Notes: generated by a model from the sequence alone, not told the origin. DNA of 64,000 nucleotides from Azolla caroliniana (GCA_043228905.1 JBHGNT010000006.1:1426001-1490000); one strand, 5' to 3'. Counted from the stretch's first letter, positions 16,608 through 31,236 are shown. A program made the numbers and translations.

Positions 16608-18546
16608 ATGGCACTTGACCACCACCAACACCTCTTCTCCTCTACTCTCCACGACTCCTCCTCCTCCTCCTCCACTCACCTCCTCCTCCATTTCCTCTCC
16701 TCCTCCTCCGCCGCCTCTCGCCTCCTCTCCTCCGCCAATCTCCTCCTCCTCCTCTCCTTCCTCTTCCTCGTTGCCTCCTTCTCCTATTGGCTTCACCCTG
16801 GTGGCCCCGCTTGGGGCCTCCTCGCCCTCGCCGCCTCCCACCACCGCCGCCGCCACCTTCTTCCTCCGCCTCATCACGCTGCCGATCTCCCATGCATCCC
16901 CGGCCCCCGTGGCCTGCCATTCCTGGGCTCCCTCCTCTCCTTCTCCTCCTCCCCCACCGCCCACCGCCTGCTGGCCTCCCTCGCCTCCTCCCTCCACGCC
17001 CGCCCCCTCATGGCCCTCTCCCTCGCCTCCACCCGCCTCGTCGTCTCCAGCCACCCCTCCACCGCCCGCCACATCCTCTGCAACCCCGCCTTCTCCCAGC
17101 GCCCCCTCTCCCAGTCCGCCACCCACCTCCTCTTCACCCGCGCCCTCGGCTTCTCCCCCGCCGGTCACCGATGGCGCAACCTCCGCCGCCTTGCCGCCAC
17201 CCACCTCTTCTCCCCACGCCGAATTGCCGCCCACGAGGCCCTCCGCCAGCTCCACACCACCGACATGCTCCACACTATGGCCGCCACCGCCACCGCTGCA
17301 TCCTCCTCATCACGCATTAACGCCATTGAAATAAGGCCCTTCTTGCAGCACGCCGCGCTCAACAACATCATGGGAACCGTGTTCGGCAAGCGCTACACGT
17401 ATTCCTCCTCCGCCATCCCTAATGCTGACCCTGCTGAACGGAGCGAAGAGGAGCAGGAGGAGCGACGGGAAGCAGAAGAGGTACAGAGCATGGTGCGCGA
17501 AGGCTTCGAGCTGCTGGGTGCCTTCAACATGTCGGACCATCTTCCGTCCGCCTTCCAGAGCCTGGACCCCCTGCGCATCGTCCAGCGCTGCAGGGAACTG
17601 GTGCCCCGCGTCTATGCATTCGTCCAGAAAATCATCGATGATCACAGATCTGCCGGCGTCCACGTGGCCAATTATTCCTCATCTTCCAGCTTCGTGGACG
17701 TGCTCCTACATCTGCAAGAGGAAGAGAAACTCGCGGATTCCGACATCGTATCCGTCCTCTGGGTAAGCAAATTTCCATTATGAATTGACGGCAAATGCGA
17801 TTGATTGATCGATCGATTGCGTCCTAGTTTTAGGGCTCCTCGTCGACTTCAACGGACCTTGCAAGAGTCATTAACCAAATGAATGAATGAATGAATGAAT
17901 GCAGGAGATGATCTTCCGGGGGACTGATACCATGGCCATCCTGACGGAATGGATCCTCGCGGAGCTTGCTCTCCACCCTGCCGTCCAATCCCGGCTCCAC
18001 GCGGAGGTGCAATCCATGGCAACAGGCAGCGACAGCGAGCCCCCATGCATCCGCGATGCCGACACAGCCCGCATGCCGTACCTGCAAGCGGTGGTGAAGG
18101 AGACGCTGAGGATGCATCCGCCGGGGCCGCTGCTGTCATGGGCGAGGCTGGCCATCCACGACACAGAGGTGGGCGGGTACGAGGTGCCGGCGGGGACGAC
18201 GGCGATGGTGAACATGTGGGCCATCATGCACGACCCGGAGGTGTGGGCAGAGCCAGAGAGGTTCTGGCCGGAGCGCTTCCTGGAGCCTGGGGAGGGGAAG
18301 GCAATAGAAGTGAATTCAGGGGCGGTGGACATGCGGCTGGCACCTTTCGGAGCAGGCGCGAGGGCATGTCCGGGCAAGGCCATGGCCATGGCGACCGTCC
18401 AGCTGTGGGTGGCCAGGATAGTGCAGAGGTTCGAGCTGTCGCAGGCGGAGGGGCATCCGGTGGAGTTGAGGGAGGTGCTGAAACTGTCGTGCGAGATGGA
18501 GGTGCCGCTAGTGGTGCGCCTGACCGAGCGAATCATCAAACTATAA
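16608..18546 (+). CDS. CYP78A: Cytochrome P450, CYP78A (KLUH-like) family; exons 16608-17762 and 17905-18546
   Basis: W.HPGGPAWG and IPGPRGLP N-terminal motifs; VLW|EMIFRGTDT across a GT-AG intron (17763-17904); ETLR.HPPGPLLSWARLA, PERF, DMRLAPFGAG.R.CPG heme motif; LSCEM C-terminus. Confidence 0.95.
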
Positions 18547-19863
18547 TGAGATGCGTTGGTTAGGTACTAGATGGATGAATGCGGCTAATTATGTAAAACA
18601 GTAAAAGAGTATGTAAATGGGATGAGAGATAAAGCAAGAGTTACTTTCCTTCGGGTTATAGAGAAATTTTCATAGGTAGGGATCATCTAATCTTTCAATA
18701 GCTACTTTATATCTACCTAACACATATGATTATATCAACACCAAATAGGCACCTCCATTGCTTGTATATGCATGCATGCCTCTATAGGTTTAATAAATTT
18801 TGGGGCCATAATTTTGGTCATACCAAAACCATACAACATTGTAACAATCAATCAATCTCTTCTATACACCATATTTTGAGAAGCTACTCAATCTTTTGAC
18901 GATTTTTTTGTTATTTAAGCACAAGATATTCGAGTGTGTGTGATTATGTTTATAAGTTCTATGTGGATCAATCCCTTCGTTGACTGGCTACACTATGCGA
19001 TGCACTTTATCATGTTTGCTTGCTAGTAGGAATTGGCAAGGGCATGGTTTTTGTTGAACCAAATTGAACCATGAACCCTTGGCTTAACGACGTAATTGGT
19101 TCAATTTTGGATTGGAAAATTGCAAATGGTTTGGGTTTGTGTCTAGCTGGGTTCGGGGATGTAATGCTCCAGTTTGGACCTTTCTCGATTTATTGTTTTG
19201 AAGTTCATCTAGTTTCAAATTCTAGTTTAAACGGCCTAAGGGTTCTTGTGGACATTCTTCAATTGTTTATTAATGTGTGAATTAACTCTATAAATTGTTA
19301 AATATTTGACTGGTTTCTAAAAAATGTTTATAGGTAATAAGTCTACATCTAATACGCTTCAAATTTTAAGTCTACATCTAATATGGGAATTGTGAAATTT
19401 TGGCTTAGGAGCTTAATAGATTGTAGGTCACTTGAAGAGTTTGGTTTGAGCTTGAGAATCCTTCAAATGTTCATGCAAGATACTTACCACCCTCGGGAAC
19501 CAAGTGACATGAATCAATTTCTCAATGTTTCCAAATGTCATAGTCCTAGTTTCTAGGATTATGGATTTCCAACTATCCTACCCTAAACCCATGAAAGTAA
19601 GCATTAAAATTGGTCTTTGACCTTACGCATATAACATACTCAAATGATGAGCAATAGTTGATAACAGATCTAAAGAAGAGAGCTTTGCCTCACGCATAGA
19701 GTCTCAACGACGCCTAAAAGTGTTGTCATGCTTGAGGCAACTAATCCCCCTGATATAGTCCAATACCTAAGGCTCCTCGACGAACACATGCTTCCACATA
19801 TAATAGGTCCTTTGAAAAATTACACAATAGGATACTCTAATGACGAGCAACATAATAATATAT

Positions 19864-20446
19864 TGTTGGGAAAACAGGTCCCTCTGGATGGGAAGAGTAC
19901 GAGCCGAATCGGATGGAACCAATGGGCAATTCGGCCAAGGTAGAAACCGAAGTCGAATATTGACTATATAACCAATTCGGGAGACTATATTTGTAAATAG
20001 TCCAAATGTGCCCCATGTGGGCTATATCTGTAAATAGCTAGAAAGTTGTATAAGTATAAATACAACTAGGGCAAACTTTATGAGTAGTTGTGAATCAAGG
20101 GTGTGTATCATTAGAATAGTTGAGATAGTTGTATAGTTACTCTCAAGGTTGTTGCGTCTGTAACTGTGAGTGAGAGAGAGTGAGAGTAGTAACTCTACCG
20201 TTGTCTCTTAGATGAAGACGAGCTTGAGGTTGTTGCCTCTGAGTCTCCCCGTACTCCTCTCTGTACACATAGTGATTCGTTTCTTGGGGTTTGTGGACCC
20301 CCGTGGTTTTTCCCTTTCGGGTTTTCCACATAAAACATTTTGTGTCTCTGCTCTCTGTATTCTGTCTTGTCTGTGTACTATCGATTTATTCTTTGCACCC
20401 GAATATACGAACGGGTAACCGGTTGTGGCCGGTTCCGATCCCAACA
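19864..20446 (+). mobile_element. Intact solo LTR family A
   Basis: TGTTGGG...CCCAACA terminal inverted repeat; TSD TATAT on both sides; homologous to 4515-5526. Confidence 0.9.
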
Positions 20447-21918
20447 TATATTGAGGGAAAAAATGGATTAAGAGTGTTTAACCACATTGAGTACCCCAAG
20501 CAAAGGGCATGAGACAACATAAAAAACCATCAACATCCCATACCATCAAATATTGCCTTGTGCTACTATATCTTCATAATTGAATATCAGATCCTGAAAA
20601 GAGAGCTTAGCCTCACTAATGTCTCAAGATGTTGTCACGAGGGGTGTGGTTGGTCACCTTTATCTATTACAATACCTAAGGCTCCAAGACCACTACATGT
20701 TCCCATGTGTTCTTATGGGTTTGTCCCAAATTTAAGGATAATTTGTTTTCCAACAATCCTACACTTAACCCAAGGCCATTAGCTTTAGAATAGGTCTGCA
20801 AAGGTTGTGTGCATAACAACTTTAAAAAGAGATATTCAAGTTTTCGAAATAAGATTGGACATTGAGTTGAAACAATACCATGAATTGAACCCCCAATATG
20901 ATGCCACATTATATGACTTGCTCGTTTTTGAGCCAAGCCACAAATTTAACATTAAGCTTTGAAAGTTGAAACTAGGAATTGAATTGAGATACATATACAA
21001 ATTCATTTTATTGGCTAAGACTTGATTGAACTTTAATGATGAGATGCACAAATTGCAAGAGTAGGATACAATCTTAGACCTCATCACATAAACATTTAGT
21101 TTAAATTTATGGATCAACTTCAACTATTTAACTTATTCCACCATTAGAAGCTTTCATTACATTTCTTTTTTATCATCAATTGAAGTGAGGTAATGTGTGC
21201 TTCTAGACGGCTACAATATCAACTCGCAACATCAATATATTACTTCTTCCCCCTCCTTGAGTATAACGCTCATGGAAATACTTTATACAAAAGCACCATA
21301 TATAAGGCATGGTGGAAAGGGAGACTTGTTATCAAACTTTGTAGTTGAGGTTTACTACTTAAAAGATGTTCTACTTGTGAAGTTGTGATGCTTATTGGGT
21401 GTAGTTCCAACGATATTTCACCTTAAGTAAATGACTTGACATTTCAATATTCTTAGGGATTTCTTTTTGAAATACCATCGAGTTTTTCGTTGCTTCTCCT
21501 TGAGGCCACTACATCTTCTTCACTATTTCTTGAAATGCGATTGGGGAAGCCTTGTCTCCACATACTGGATGTGGGGTGGATGGATTTCCAGGATTGATCA
21601 AGGGGCATGGCATTAAGGAACAAGTCAAGCGAGATGGAAAGAAACACTATGCCCAATAATTGAACCAAAAGAACCATTCATTCCCTTGGACAAAGGCCAT
21701 GCGCTCCTCTCCTCAATGTGTGTGTGTGTGTGTGTGACACTGTGTGTGTATGGCCCACGAGTTGGTCTCACCAACACTTATGTAGCCAATCCAATGCATT
21801 TATACAGGCCTTGGACATTTTTCATTGGGCCGGAAGGATCCCCAACGTTTCAGCAGTATTCTTATCACGAGAAAGACTGGAAATTTGTGGTGCTCAGAAG
21901 GGTCTCTTCGTCGTGGCT

Positions 21919-24900
21919 ATGGCGATGGCGAGCTCTGCAGGTCCCTTCGGATGCTCCCTTAGAATCCCTTCTTCTTCTTCATCGTCTTCTTGTCTACCGT
22001 CGCCACCTTCCATTTCTTCCTCTTCAGTGGCTTCGTGTTCTGCCATTTCTGCTAAAAGAACTTCACATGGGCAACTCTTTCTTTATACTTCTTTTCTGTC
22101 GAGGTCCACACACTCTGGATTCTTCAACGGCGGAGGTAAACTCAAAGAAATTTGAGCAATTCTCTTTCGTGTTGATTATGCTAGGAACTCTGTACCAGAC
22201 TATGAGAATAAGAGGTAGTGTTGACGCTGACTCTGTATTGATCCTGTTAAGAACTACTGGAATAAAAGTTTCGAAATTGATTGATTATTATTAAGTAGTA
22301 TGCATTTTAGATGGCCATTTCCAATTTCATAGAGGGGGTTGATTGTCCAAAACCCAGCAGTCCGCATCTTTGAACAAGAAGCATACCGCAGCAGAGCTTA
22401 CATGGCATTTCCATGTGGGTATGAGTCGTCGTTATCCTTGCCTCAACACAATTTTACTGCATCTAGAGATAGATAGGTTATTGATATTCATGAGAAACAA
22501 ATATGGTCGATGTGAACTAAAGGAAGAGAGAAAGAGAGAGATAATGTGTCCTTTCTCAAAAAACTAGAGAGCTCATTCTTTGGAAATTGCAGTGGAATTG
22601 GTTAGTCTCTGTGATGGAAAAGTTGAGTCATTTGGAGGTGCCCTTGGATCTCAAATGAATCTTTTTGAGCGGGCTGTACGAATATTCAAGGCATGCGATA
22701 TACATATGTTTTAAAAACAACTTCTCTATTTTTTATTGAGGGTACAAATCTGATCTATATTACCCTTTTATGGTGGGCATCAGTCATATGCAAATGCAAT
22801 TGTGAGTTCAGCAGAAGATCCAGAGAAACTTTTAGATCAGACAGTTCTGGAAATGAGTGAAGATCTGACAAAGCTAAGACAGGCCACTGCACAGGTGCGT
22901 TCTTTCAAAATATTGACAGCAAATTATAGGGTTTAACTGCTCCATGATTTGCACTAATTGCAGTTCTGTTTACATGAAGGTTCTTGCCTCTCAAAAACAA
23001 CTTGAGAACAAGTATAAAGCAGCAGATCAGACTTCAAATGATTGGTATGCTGCATTAATTGCTCACTTGATTGTGAGGTTGACAGTCCTAATTAATCTCC
23101 ATGTTTTCTGAATAGGTATAAAAGAGCTAAATTAGCACTTGCAAAAGGAGAAGAGGATCTTGCACGAGAAGCCCTGAAAAGGAGAAAGGATTATGAGGTG
23201 CTGAATATAAGAATACAGATAATCAAATGTGCTACTCTATTACAAGATATAAATAGGATGGAATGACATGATGAAGTTTGTTTTGTGAAATTCAGTAGGG
23301 GTGTCAAGCTTGAGTGTTGTAAAATATCAGCATGATGAAAAGAAACTCATGAATGATGACCATTAGACTTTATCGCCATGTTACTGCAGTTTTTGCTTTT
23401 TTCTAACTAATTATCTTTCTGAATAAGTTTTTCTTTTCTTGCTTTGTGTGTTTATCAATTCTGAGCCTATATTTAGTTTTCCTATGAATAAATATGAGAG
23501 CAGTGCATAGGACAGAGACAGAAAATTTGCATCAAACTATCTTAAGAGGGAAATTTGGCTTACAAACCAAAAGGTACCTCAGTCTCTGAAGCAGGGTGGA
23601 ACCAAGCCCGAATCGACCTTGGGTCAGCCAATTCCATGATCTTCCTGAGAATGGTTTGATCACTGAAGACTGCAGCATGTCTTTCCCTGACATCACTGAA
23701 CGCCTTAGTCTTGGGACATAATGATTCTCACTCTCTATCATGTTGTAAAGTGGTCCCAAGTTGTGACTAGACCGGAGGTTCAGAACAATATCTAATATCT
23801 GCATGTTATGACGAATTTGAATAACCTTTGAAGATAAAACATGCAAGCACAGAGACAATAGTGGGATGGGTGACTCCTGGGAAATTTGTCCCCCAACATA
23901 TCTCCTCTGTTTAGAGCCTATATACCATCTTACTTGCCATGGCTCTATCTGTACCTGACGAGAGGATACTTTAAGCTGGCTAATCGTGACTCGTGCACTA
24001 CAGGACATCCAGATGCCATGAGTGCCAATTAATGTATTGGCCCTCCTCAATTCTCATTGGTGTTTATAGAGGTGGTTGAAGATCTATCTCTTTGCGAAAC
24101 CTTCATTCATTTTCTTTGACATGGATAATGCCTGGTCCTTATTTGTGAAGAGCCTCCACATGCTAGATACATTTGGATTCTGAATCTGTCTTTGTTAGGG
24201 ATACTTGTGAGCATAGCTTTTACTCAGACTGGATGGCCCAATGTTTTGTTAACCAGTAGTATTGGTTGCATTCTTTTGAAGAAGGAACTTCATCCAAACA
24301 TAGTCCCTATTGTACTTACAGTGAGATTGCATTGATCACAGCTTTTTTGATCCCCTTATTGGGTGATAAGAATATATCAAGATAGATACGCGTTTTTAGA
24401 GTTATTAATCATCTTGTAGGTGGTCATGAACCGATTTTACAAATATGCCATCTTTGTGGGAAGTCAGAGCCAGAAGAAGGCTTGCATTCAACTCCTACTA
24501 TGCCTTCTATAGATGGTGGGAAATGATTGACACGAAGGTCCTAGGAATGAGGGGAGGCACTACAGATCGTAAGGTGTTAACCCTCTTGCCATAAGCATCT
24601 GGTTGGGTGTAGAGTTGATTAAAGCATGTTTTCATCAGGTTGCCAAATATCCATCTGTTATTTCTGCTTGCTGTGAGTTCTGCATGATCGCCTAATAAAT
24701 TAGTGTGATTAACTGGATCACAATCTGTATGGGTTTAAAAAATTACAGCTTAATGACTAAGGTATAGGCCCAGAGAGAGATAGAGAGAGAGATGATTTTA
24801 CAGGATAATGCCAAAGCATTGAAGATTCAGCTTGATCAGCAGACAACTGTTGTTGAGAAACTCATTTCTAATACTAGGGTATAGCATCAACTCGCCTCCT

Positions 24901-25939
24901 ATTGTGTAAAGTGAGTTGGAGAAGAATGTAGTCTTAGTACATCACAAATTGCTGGGGAATGATTTCATTGTTCTTATAGAATGCAGCTACTAGAGAGTAA
25001 GATGCAGGAAGCTAAGTCCAAAAAAGATACCCTCAAGGCTCGTGCCCAATCTGCCAAGTTGGTCTCCTGAAACTTTTCTCTCTGCAAAATGCATATGAAA
25101 GATGAATAAAGAAAAAAAACATGGAATCATATTGCTAATTTGGATATTTGCAGAACCTCTCAGAAGGTAAGTGAGATGCTTGGAAATATCAATACCAGCA
25201 GTGCTCTATCTGCTTTTGAGAGGATGGAAGAAAAAGGTAGAATGCTGGCTTTCCCTACTAATTATCAATATAGGAGGTATTAGTGGATGCATCACTACTG
25301 CAAATATATGTCTATAGACCATTAACTTCACCTATAAATGGAATATCTTTTAGATTTGTTTACTTGCAAAGTAAAAAATTATATTCAGTTTCATGTTCCA
25401 GCTTGTATTCTTTTGTTTATTCATGGGGAACTGGAATTTCGTGCCAGTTAATGCTCTGGAGGCTGAAGCTGATGCTGTAAATCAACTCACTACAGATGAT
25501 CTTGCTGGAAAGGTGATTACACCTAATTAAAATGATTAACATGATTAACATGACTATGTAATTTGGTTCTCATTCTTATCATATTTTATGTACAGTTTGC
25601 TATGCTAGAGAGTGGTTCAGTTGATGATGATCTTGCAGCTTTGCGAAAAGAAATGTTAGGGACTGGAAAGGCGAGTTTCTCTCAATTCTGAAATACAACT
25701 TTGTGTGATATGTAATGTTTAATGTGTCCTATTATTTATGCAGTTGCTACATTTTTTCCCCTCTCCTATCGTGAGCATAAAGCAACAATATTGACTATAC
25801 AGTTTTTATTTGTGAATAGGTATCAGGGGAACTTCCACCTGGTCGAACACCTGCTGCTAGCAGAGCGACATCTAATCCATTTCAGGACTCGGAGATTGAG
25901 AGGGAGTTGAATGAACTTAGGAGGAAGGCCAATGAGTAA
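21919..25939 (+). CDS. VIPP1: VIPP1/IM30 (PspA family, chloroplast). Exons 21919-22135, 22593-22690, 22784-22894, 22980-23044, 23116-23197, 24804-24878, 24987-25057, 25154-25236, 25448-25512, 25596-25670, 25820-25939
   Basis: Ser-rich transit peptide, then [19 protein letters not shown]|[19 protein letters not shown]...LRQATAQ|[10 protein letters not shown]|[81 protein letters not shown]; all intron phases are consistent. Confidence 0.95.
23520..24730 (-). mobile_element. LINE-like ORF2 remnant in VIPP1 intron 5
   Basis: Enlarges one intron to 1.6 kb; Trp-rich broken minus-strand frames typical of LINE post-RT regions; no intact motif. Confidence 0.45.
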
Positions 25940-27480
25940 TGAGAGAATTTGGAATTTGAATGAAAATCGACCTGTTGGAAGAGTGGCAATTCTTCATTCT
26001 TGCCAATGAATGGATGATGTCAGACAATTTGATCTAATAATAAGGATAAATGATTGATTTAATTTTTGTAAGAATGACATTTGAACATTTACTTCTTGTT
26101 TTGTTTTATTTGCCTGTAACATTGTGGAGAGAAACAACATTAAAAAGAATGCCATTATATATTCTTGAAAATCATACTACTATTATTGTTCCGTTTCTCA
26201 GCCCAAGTATATGCAGAAATGTATCAATAATTGATGCAGTGCTTTTCTGCATTTGTTAACTGAGGAAATGCGAACACAAGGGAGAGTAGATTATGATGGC
26301 ATACAAAATATTAATGGTGAACATTTGAATAATGTTCATGGTATAAAATGATAACGGTAGAATCAGATATCAGATGTTCATGCATATAACATTGAGAAAA
26401 TCAAATGTAACTTGAGTATGGCGTTAGCATCTTTTCAAATCTAAGTTTATGAGGTCTCCTTTGAGTGGTGTACAATGTGTTAGATATTCTAATTCCCATT
26501 TCTGATTGATGTATAAATTCATGAAATGTGGCATTATTACAAAAAACGAACTTTATAGTGTTTATTATAGTAAACCATAATTGTTAAAGTTAATGACCTC
26601 AAATTTGTGGATGGACGGTAATATAAATGAGGTTTTCATCTGGGAAAAGTTCAAATACTCTCAGCACTAGTGCGAGAACATATGCATGGCTTCACTATAG
26701 CACTATGGAGAAGTTCAAACTTGAAATGGCCCAGTATTGAATAATTTCCATTTTAGGCTCTCAAAAGTGTCACCCAACTTTCAGTCAACAAAGATTTTCT
26801 TCATGATGCACTCTGACCATGGTAAAATATTCAAGACCAAGCACCTACCAGATACTCTAAATTAAGAGAAACCTAGAAGAGATCAATGTAAGCGTGAACT
26901 TTCATGATAGTTTTAACAGCAAAATTTACTGTAGTTGAATGCTTGAAATAAAAATTACAGTTGATTTTGGTTTCAAATTACGTCTATATGCTTGAGATTG
27001 ATTGCTAAAGCACAATCAATTGAACTACATTGCTGCTACAAAGACAATGCAACTTATCTTCTGAACGCATGATCAATTCAATTGATGATGTGATGATTTA
27101 ATCAAAACAATGAGAAGGACACTTGTGCTTGAAAACCATGCATTCCATGTGTCAGACTTCTAATATTCTCTGCCAAGCACAAATGAATACAATAGAAGGA
27201 TTAATGGTATATTGTGATTTGAAAATTCAAATGGCATATGGTATATTGATGTAATGAGCTTTTCTATCCATGATAGTGAATTTGAAATGCACAAAAACGA
27301 GACCCAAAACCATACATCAAAACATGAATGTGACGATTGATATTCAATCAGAATGTCACTGGCATTGCTTACATAGAAAATCATGAAGCACTTCCCATAT
27401 TGACATGTGGTTACAAATTCCAAAAATATTGGATTATATAACAAGTGGAAACCAAACCATAGAATTCCAGATATGGTTCG

Positions 27481-30400
27481 TCACTCATCGGCACTTGATT
27501 TGGAAGACAGTTGAAAACCAAGCCCTAGAAGCCCCACCAGAGTCAAACCTGAGAGGAACGTGGAACCAAAACCGAGGAGTAATAATGCTCCCCTCAAAGA
27601 CTGCAGATCAATAAGCATACCCAACAGTCAGAAATACTCATAAGATGATGTCTGCCTCTCTTTGAATTGTCGAAGGTATGTTATAATACAAAACATATTA
27701 ATTGCAAAGCACTATTTCACATGATCAAAATAGATTTCGTGTGTTGATATGATTAACTTTTGCATGAATACAGATTACAGTACTTATTTAGTGTTTGAGT
27801 AGGGTAAGAGCGACAAATTCTCACAGTAGCAAGTAAAGTAGCATTATCATTAGCAAACTGCAATGAACTCTCCGGAGTGTTTTGCAATGAGTTCGTTAAT
27901 CCCCACGATATGGATCTACAAAACAAATCATTGGCAATTCAGATACATGAGATATAACTCCATGATGCATACAACAAAATTTAAAACAGATGATTCAATA
28001 CTCCCATGTGCATGCTCTGATCTGCACACATAAATTTCAATGTTAGGTATTGCCTAGTCATACGAGAGAGTGGATGATCCACTTACTAGAATATTGTAAA
28101 CCCTTGGAAGCATTATGATACTGGGAATTGATATACAGAGAATTGATATGCAGAGAACCGAAAATTTACCCAAAAGCAAAAGCAACAAGACAACCTATGT
28201 AGCATTTCTGTGCAGTTAATTCCACTTGTAGGTCCCCGAACTATGCAGAAAATAATCAGCAAGAAAAAATCATATACATTTAACAGAAACAGCAGTAAAC
28301 CACAGATAAAAACTGAAATTTTAGTATACCTTATATGTGCGCTTTGCTGCTTGTGGCTCCTCACTAATCTTAGATGCATCACTGACATATAAAACTTCCC
28401 CAGCACTAGTTAATGCCTTAGCAATCTGCAAGGAGAGACAACATATTAGCTTTTGCGATTGTAGAGTTTCAGTTAAAGTGTCTCTTCATCAACTGAGAAA
28501 AACTATGATAGTCTAAGGATATTATGGCATAGAGCACTTTTCTTCGGTATTTAAAGGAACTGAAAGTTTATATATATATAGAAAAAAATACTATCAATTC
28601 TCGCGTAATAGACCAAAATAATACAATCATAGTAAAGGATAGATCTGACATGACTGAAATGCTAAAACCATAAGCCTTTGTAAACTAGAGTCTCAACAAC
28701 CCCAATCATCATTGTCTGCATGGGATCTACATCATCTTCGGCTGAATCCATTTCTAAGACAAAATGGCTGAAGACAATTGTCAAACTGAACTATTAGGAT
28801 GGTACAAATTCAGAGCCTACTGATGACTTGTTGATAGTACCCAGAATACTAGAGAACTGGCAAGGTGAAGGGTTGATCCTATGGCCAATCCAGGAATACC
28901 TCTCATATCCTCAACCAAGGCCAAAATAACCTTAAAGTTATTATGCTTCAGTTATATCAGAGACTCACCTATCCCACCAAAATATTTGCAAGTAAATTGA
29001 AAAATATACTAACTTATCAAGATTTGAGGAACATGATAACAAAAATTCCATCCATCTTTTGGATAGAGGAATCGTTTTGCTATCTCTTGAATCTTCAGAT
29101 AGGATAAGGCACAATCACAACAGCATTTCTGACATAAATACCCATTCTACTACCCATCTGAGTGATGAAACACGCTCCTTGGAATGCAACATCCTAGCAT
29201 GAATTTCGTAGTCATACTTTTTAATTAATTTTTTAGGTACTCCATACAGACATATTTTAAGAAGTCATGGATAACAGATAATTTCACTTTTCTACGACAC
29301 AACAATCTCTCTGATCACCTTAATATTTCCTTTTCCTGCATAAAATAATACATATTTTTGTATTTTATAACTAGGAACGCATCTTTCAGGAATTTAGTAT
29401 TATCTAAAACTCTACACTCCAGTGTCATTTCAAGAAATCTATAATTATCTCTGAAACTTCGATTATCAGCTTAGCACCCAACTTTAGAAATAGCATCAAA
29501 CCTTTTGAAGTTCTCCTTTATCATAACTTCCCATAGAAGCAAAGCGCCTTCCAGCATCAATCAATCGCCTTCCAACAGCTACAACATACATATTCTAAAT
29601 TGTTTATCACTTTGTAGATGGAACCAAAGCTAGCTTCCTCAAGTAAAATGTCACCCTTTTTCTTTTATGTAGAAATCTGCACCTCTAAAATGAAGTTAGT
29701 GAAGCATCAATAAATCACCTTCCAATAACTACAGCAGACATATTCTAAATTGTTTCTCACTTTGTGGATGGAACCAAAGCTAGCTTCCGCAAGTAAAATG
29801 TCACCCTTTATCTTATGTAGTAATCACATCTTCTCTGAAATGAAGTTAGTGACGCATCAATCAATCGCCTTCCAATAGCTACAGCACACATTTTCTAAAT
29901 TGTTTATCACTTTGTAGATGGAACCAAGCTAGCTTCATCAAGTAAAATGTCACACTTTTTCTTTTATGCAGTAATCACACCTCTTCTAAAATGAAGTTTC
30001 TGAAGTCCAATCAAGATGTGACTGCAATTGAAGAATTTCTAATACGTTTTCCCTATTTAAATGCTATTTGTACATGTGAACCCCTTCATAAAACACACAT
30101 ACAAGATATATAAAGTCTAGGTCATCAACGTTTGATAGGATCTGGATTTTGAACAAATTTAATGAGTGAAAATCATTGTATCTAAGCATGAACATCACAT
30201 TTTAATTTGGTAACAAAATAGCAGCAAGCTGTATTGTGGATATACTAGCTATACCAGAAAACAAAATAACCATCACTAGAATACTGAAATTGTTTTCACT
30301 CTCCACAGAGAAATCAACACCATGCATTTATTGTAGCATTTCTCCAAAGCCTTGCAGCCCAAAGCCTTGCATTTCTCAGCAGAGAAATCAACAAACTTGA

Positions 30401-31170
30401 ACTGGAAGCATGTGATCCTTAAACCATATAAGCACTTACTGTTGAATTTCTGGTTAATAACCATTATTCACATCAAACATACCAGTCCTTGCAATAATTT
30501 CCTCTGGGAGTACAGATCGAAGTTCATCAGCCGCTAAAGCTGCAGCTTTTGAATCCCCTTTCTCCCATGCCAGAGATAGTTGCACTAACTTCTCGCCTGC
30601 AAGTTCTCCACACTGTACGTTGAAATCTGGTGTAAGCTAAAGGAAATTGAAATAAAAAAGAAAACAATATAATTGTAAATTAAAGATCAAGACGAATAAG
30701 AAAAAAATAGAAAACGACCTCACGCTGCACAGGACCATTGGACAAAGCAAATGCGGCATCTTTCAGCTGTGAAAGCAAAACAAAAGAGTCATGAAAGCTA
30801 GATATAAACACTGTATGTTGATGATCAACATCCTATAGTCACACCAATCAAATTAAATACGATTATCAAGAATTGACGGCTAAAGTATACCTCACCAACC
30901 CAACAAATCCTCCTGAGTCAAGGTACACCATATTCGAGGTTTCTAGCATGTATATGCAAGCCATCCCCATTAAACGGAAGAAGAGTATACAACATAGTAT
31001 CTAGCCCTTCATACATCCAATATAAATTTGCTGAATTGAGACCATGCAACATCGCTAGCAACACTATATGCCTAATGGGCATATCTCTAGCTTTCTTTGG
31101 CTCTTAATTAATAATAAGAAGGGAGAAGGGTGCATAATAGGTAGAAGAGTGTGCAACCAAGTATTCATCC

Positions 31171-31236
<66 letters not shown>

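Noticed and set aside
16584-18563. Long Pro/Ser-rich, Gly/Glu-rich and antisense ORFs overlapping the P450
   Set aside because: Shadow frames caused by extreme GC3 codon bias; only the CYP78A frame has family motifs.
29554-30005. CRISPR-like array
   Set aside because: Eukaryotic intron; whole 150-bp units repeat with no unique spacers.
30891-30942. Possible 52-nt poison cassette exon (ag...gt, minus strand) in the membrane-protein gene
   Set aside because: It has splice-like ends and an in-frame TGA, but such sites arise by chance and the gene model is complete without it.
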